From Planctomycetota bacterium (GTDB lineage Bacteria; Planctomycetota; UBA11346), in the NCBI GenBank assembly GCA_038213805.1, contig JBBQSO010000098.1, forward strand, positions 1 through 18,568: DNA of 18,568 bases, read 5' to 3'. Below are positions 17,029 to 18,568 of this stretch, in pieces. Numbering within the stretch: position 1 is the first letter of the stretch; each line of letters starts with the position of its first letter. The translations under genes were made by a program, and so were the position numbers. The notes beneath the pieces were generated by a model. That model saw only the letters and a program-made list of their open reading frames with translations. It did no database searches and was not told the DNA's origin.

Positions 17029-17955
17029 TTACAGCGCGGGCTTGTCGCCGCCCTGGCCGTCCGCCGGGGGCGCTTCAGGGGCCGCACCGCCGCCAAGGCC
17101 GCTCCCCATCATCATGCCCAGCATCAGCAGCTGGCCATAGGGCGCGAGCGGGCTGTCCTTGCCCTCGGCGACCGTCCACGACAGGTCCTTCTTCACCATC
17201 TTGACTACCGTACTGTGCGGCTTGCCGAACGCGGTCCACCCCAGGGTCAAACTGCGCGCATCGCCCTCGCCCTCGACCTTGGTGACGGCGAACGAGTCGA
17301 GCATGGCATCGAGCTTCAGGTCGTAGACGGCAAGCGCAGCCTTCACCTCGGTGAGCGCCGGGCTGACCTTGCCGAGCAGATCGCGCAGCGCGAGCGCGCG
17401 CATCTGGGCCGCGGTGGTGAAGCCGGTGCCCTTGATGGCCGCCACCACGTGCACGAGGGCAGCGCGAAGCTTGACCTTGTCATTCAGGCCGGCCTTGGGG
17501 ATCCACGCGGCGACATCGTTGACGAAGCCCTGCAGTCCGGCGACATCCATCGCCGCCGTGCCCGGCTGCGCCGGTTGCTGGGCGGCCGCGCCCAGGAAGC
17601 CGGCGATCTGCTGCAGGCCCGCGACCAGCTCGTCGGGCTTGACCTGGGCCAGCGCGGGCTGGGCTTGGCTCATCAGCATGTCGACCGCGCTGGGCTGCTG
17701 CATCAGTGCGAGGAAGGCATTGACCTGGAGGTCGTCGTTCGCGTCGGCGCGCGTGACGTTGTCCGCGTACTGGCGCTCGGCCATCGCCTGCTGCTCCCTG
17801 GGCAGCAGCGCGAACAGGCCCTTGAGATCGTTGCTGCGTAGCGCCTTGGCCCAGGTCGCGACCAGCCCGTCCGGGGTCGCCGGATCGAGATTGGCCGCCT
17901 GGAGGGGGGCCCATGCCGCGGCAACGAGGACGAGGGAGAGCAGGAGCGCACGCAT
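17029..17955 (-). CDS. Exported hypothetical protein, 308 aa
   Basis: GAGG RBS then MRALLLSLVLVAAAWAPLQA (Sec-type signal). GC-rich third positions. Converges on fmt. Confidence 0.78.
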   Translation of the reverse strand: MRALLLSLVLVAAAWAPLQAANLDPATPDGLVATWAKALRSNDLKGLFALLPREQQAMAERQYADNVTRADANDDLQVNAFLALMQQPSAVDMLMSQAQPALAQVKPDELVAGLQQIAGFLGAAAQQPAQPGTAAMDVAGLQGFVNDVAAWIPKAGLNDKVKLRAALVHVVAAIKGTGFTTAAQMRALALRDLLGKVSPALTEVKAALAVYDLKLDAMLDSFAVTKVEGEGDARSLTLGWTAFGKPHSTVVKMVKKDLSWTVAEGKDSPLAPYGQLLMLGMMMGSGLGGGAAPEAPPADGQGGDKPAL

Positions 17956-18163
17956 GGATCATCCTCGGCGGGTGGAGGCTGGAGCGTAGAGAACGTGGAT
18001 GGCGGCGCAATGTGTCCGACAGGATCATCACCGCCCAACGTCAAGGTCGGGTCGAACCGGTCCGTTCTGGCGCGATCGCAGTCGGCACCAGAATTGCTTC
18101 TACGCCAGCAGCACCGGAATACGGTCTTTCTGAGTCAGCCAGCGCGCCTGGCAGGAGCCTCCC

Positions 18164-18568
18164 ATGTTCATGTTCATGGATCCCACCTACCTCATCATCA
18201 TGGTCGTCGGCATGGCTCTCTCAGGGCTTGCCGCCCTGTTGGTGAAGATGCAGTTCGCCCGTGCCCAGAAGATCACGATCGCCAGCGGCCTCTCCGGGCG
18301 GGAGGTCGCCGCGCGGGTGTTGCGCGATGCCGACATCACCGACGTCGAGATCGTCGAACACCCGGGCTTCCTGTCCGACCACTACAATCCCATGACCCGG
18401 ACCCTGGCGCTCAGCCCCGAGGTCTACCACGGCATCACCGCAGCAGCAGCCGGCATCGCGGCGCACGAGGTCGGCCACGCCATCCAGCACGCGCGCGGCT
18501 ACGCGCCGTTGTGGCTGCGCAGCATGCTGGTGCCGGTGGCGAACATCGGCAGCACCATCGCTCCGTAC
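18164..18568 (+). CDS. Putative neutral zinc metallopeptidase (YugP-like / Zn_peptidase_2), 3'-truncated by the window
   Basis: Not in the ORF track because there is no stop in the window. My translation from ATG 18164 (AGGAG RBS): MFMFMDPTYLIIMVVGMALSGLAALLVK...SGLSGREVAARVL...GFLSDHYNP...ALSPEVYHG...GIAAHEVGHAIQH...LWLRSMLVP. Contains HExxH and the LSDHYxP motif. Confidence 0.9.
   Translation, partial: MFMFMDPTYLIIMVVGMALSGLAALLVKMQFARAQKITIASGLSGREVAARVLRDADITDVEIVEHPGFLSDHYNPMTRTLALSPEVYHGITAAAAGIAAHEVGHAIQHARGYAPLWLRSMLVPVANIGSTIAPY

Overview
GC-rich bacterial chromosomal segment. Gene content is suggestive of Planctomycetota/PVC, but this is inference only. Minus strand: moxR-family AAA+ ATPase, then gmd-fcl (GDP-L-fucose synthesis). 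Divergently on the plus strand: a ~1205-aa DUF4175-like membrane/coiled-coil protein, an exported prenyltransferase/squalene-oxidase-repeat protein, dusB-like tRNA dihydrouridine synthase, a 607-aa exported protein that looks like a metallophosphoesterase fold lacking its metal ligands, ychF, a 406-aa protein with a C-terminal excisionase-like HTH, a divergent TruD and fmt. These are followed by a convergent exported hypothetical protein and the 5' part of a YugP-like Zn peptidase. The most striking non-coding signal is that most of the larger intergenic gaps hold elements of one design: a short tandem-repeat arm, a unique ~75-140 nt core, and the reverse-complement arm. At least four unrelated repeat units build them: AGTCCGGA (five elements), CGCAGAG(G), TGCGGAG, and ATCAGCC, whose inverted arrays bracket the whole gmd-fcl cassette. 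No transposase, tRNA, rRNA or CRISPR array was recognised.
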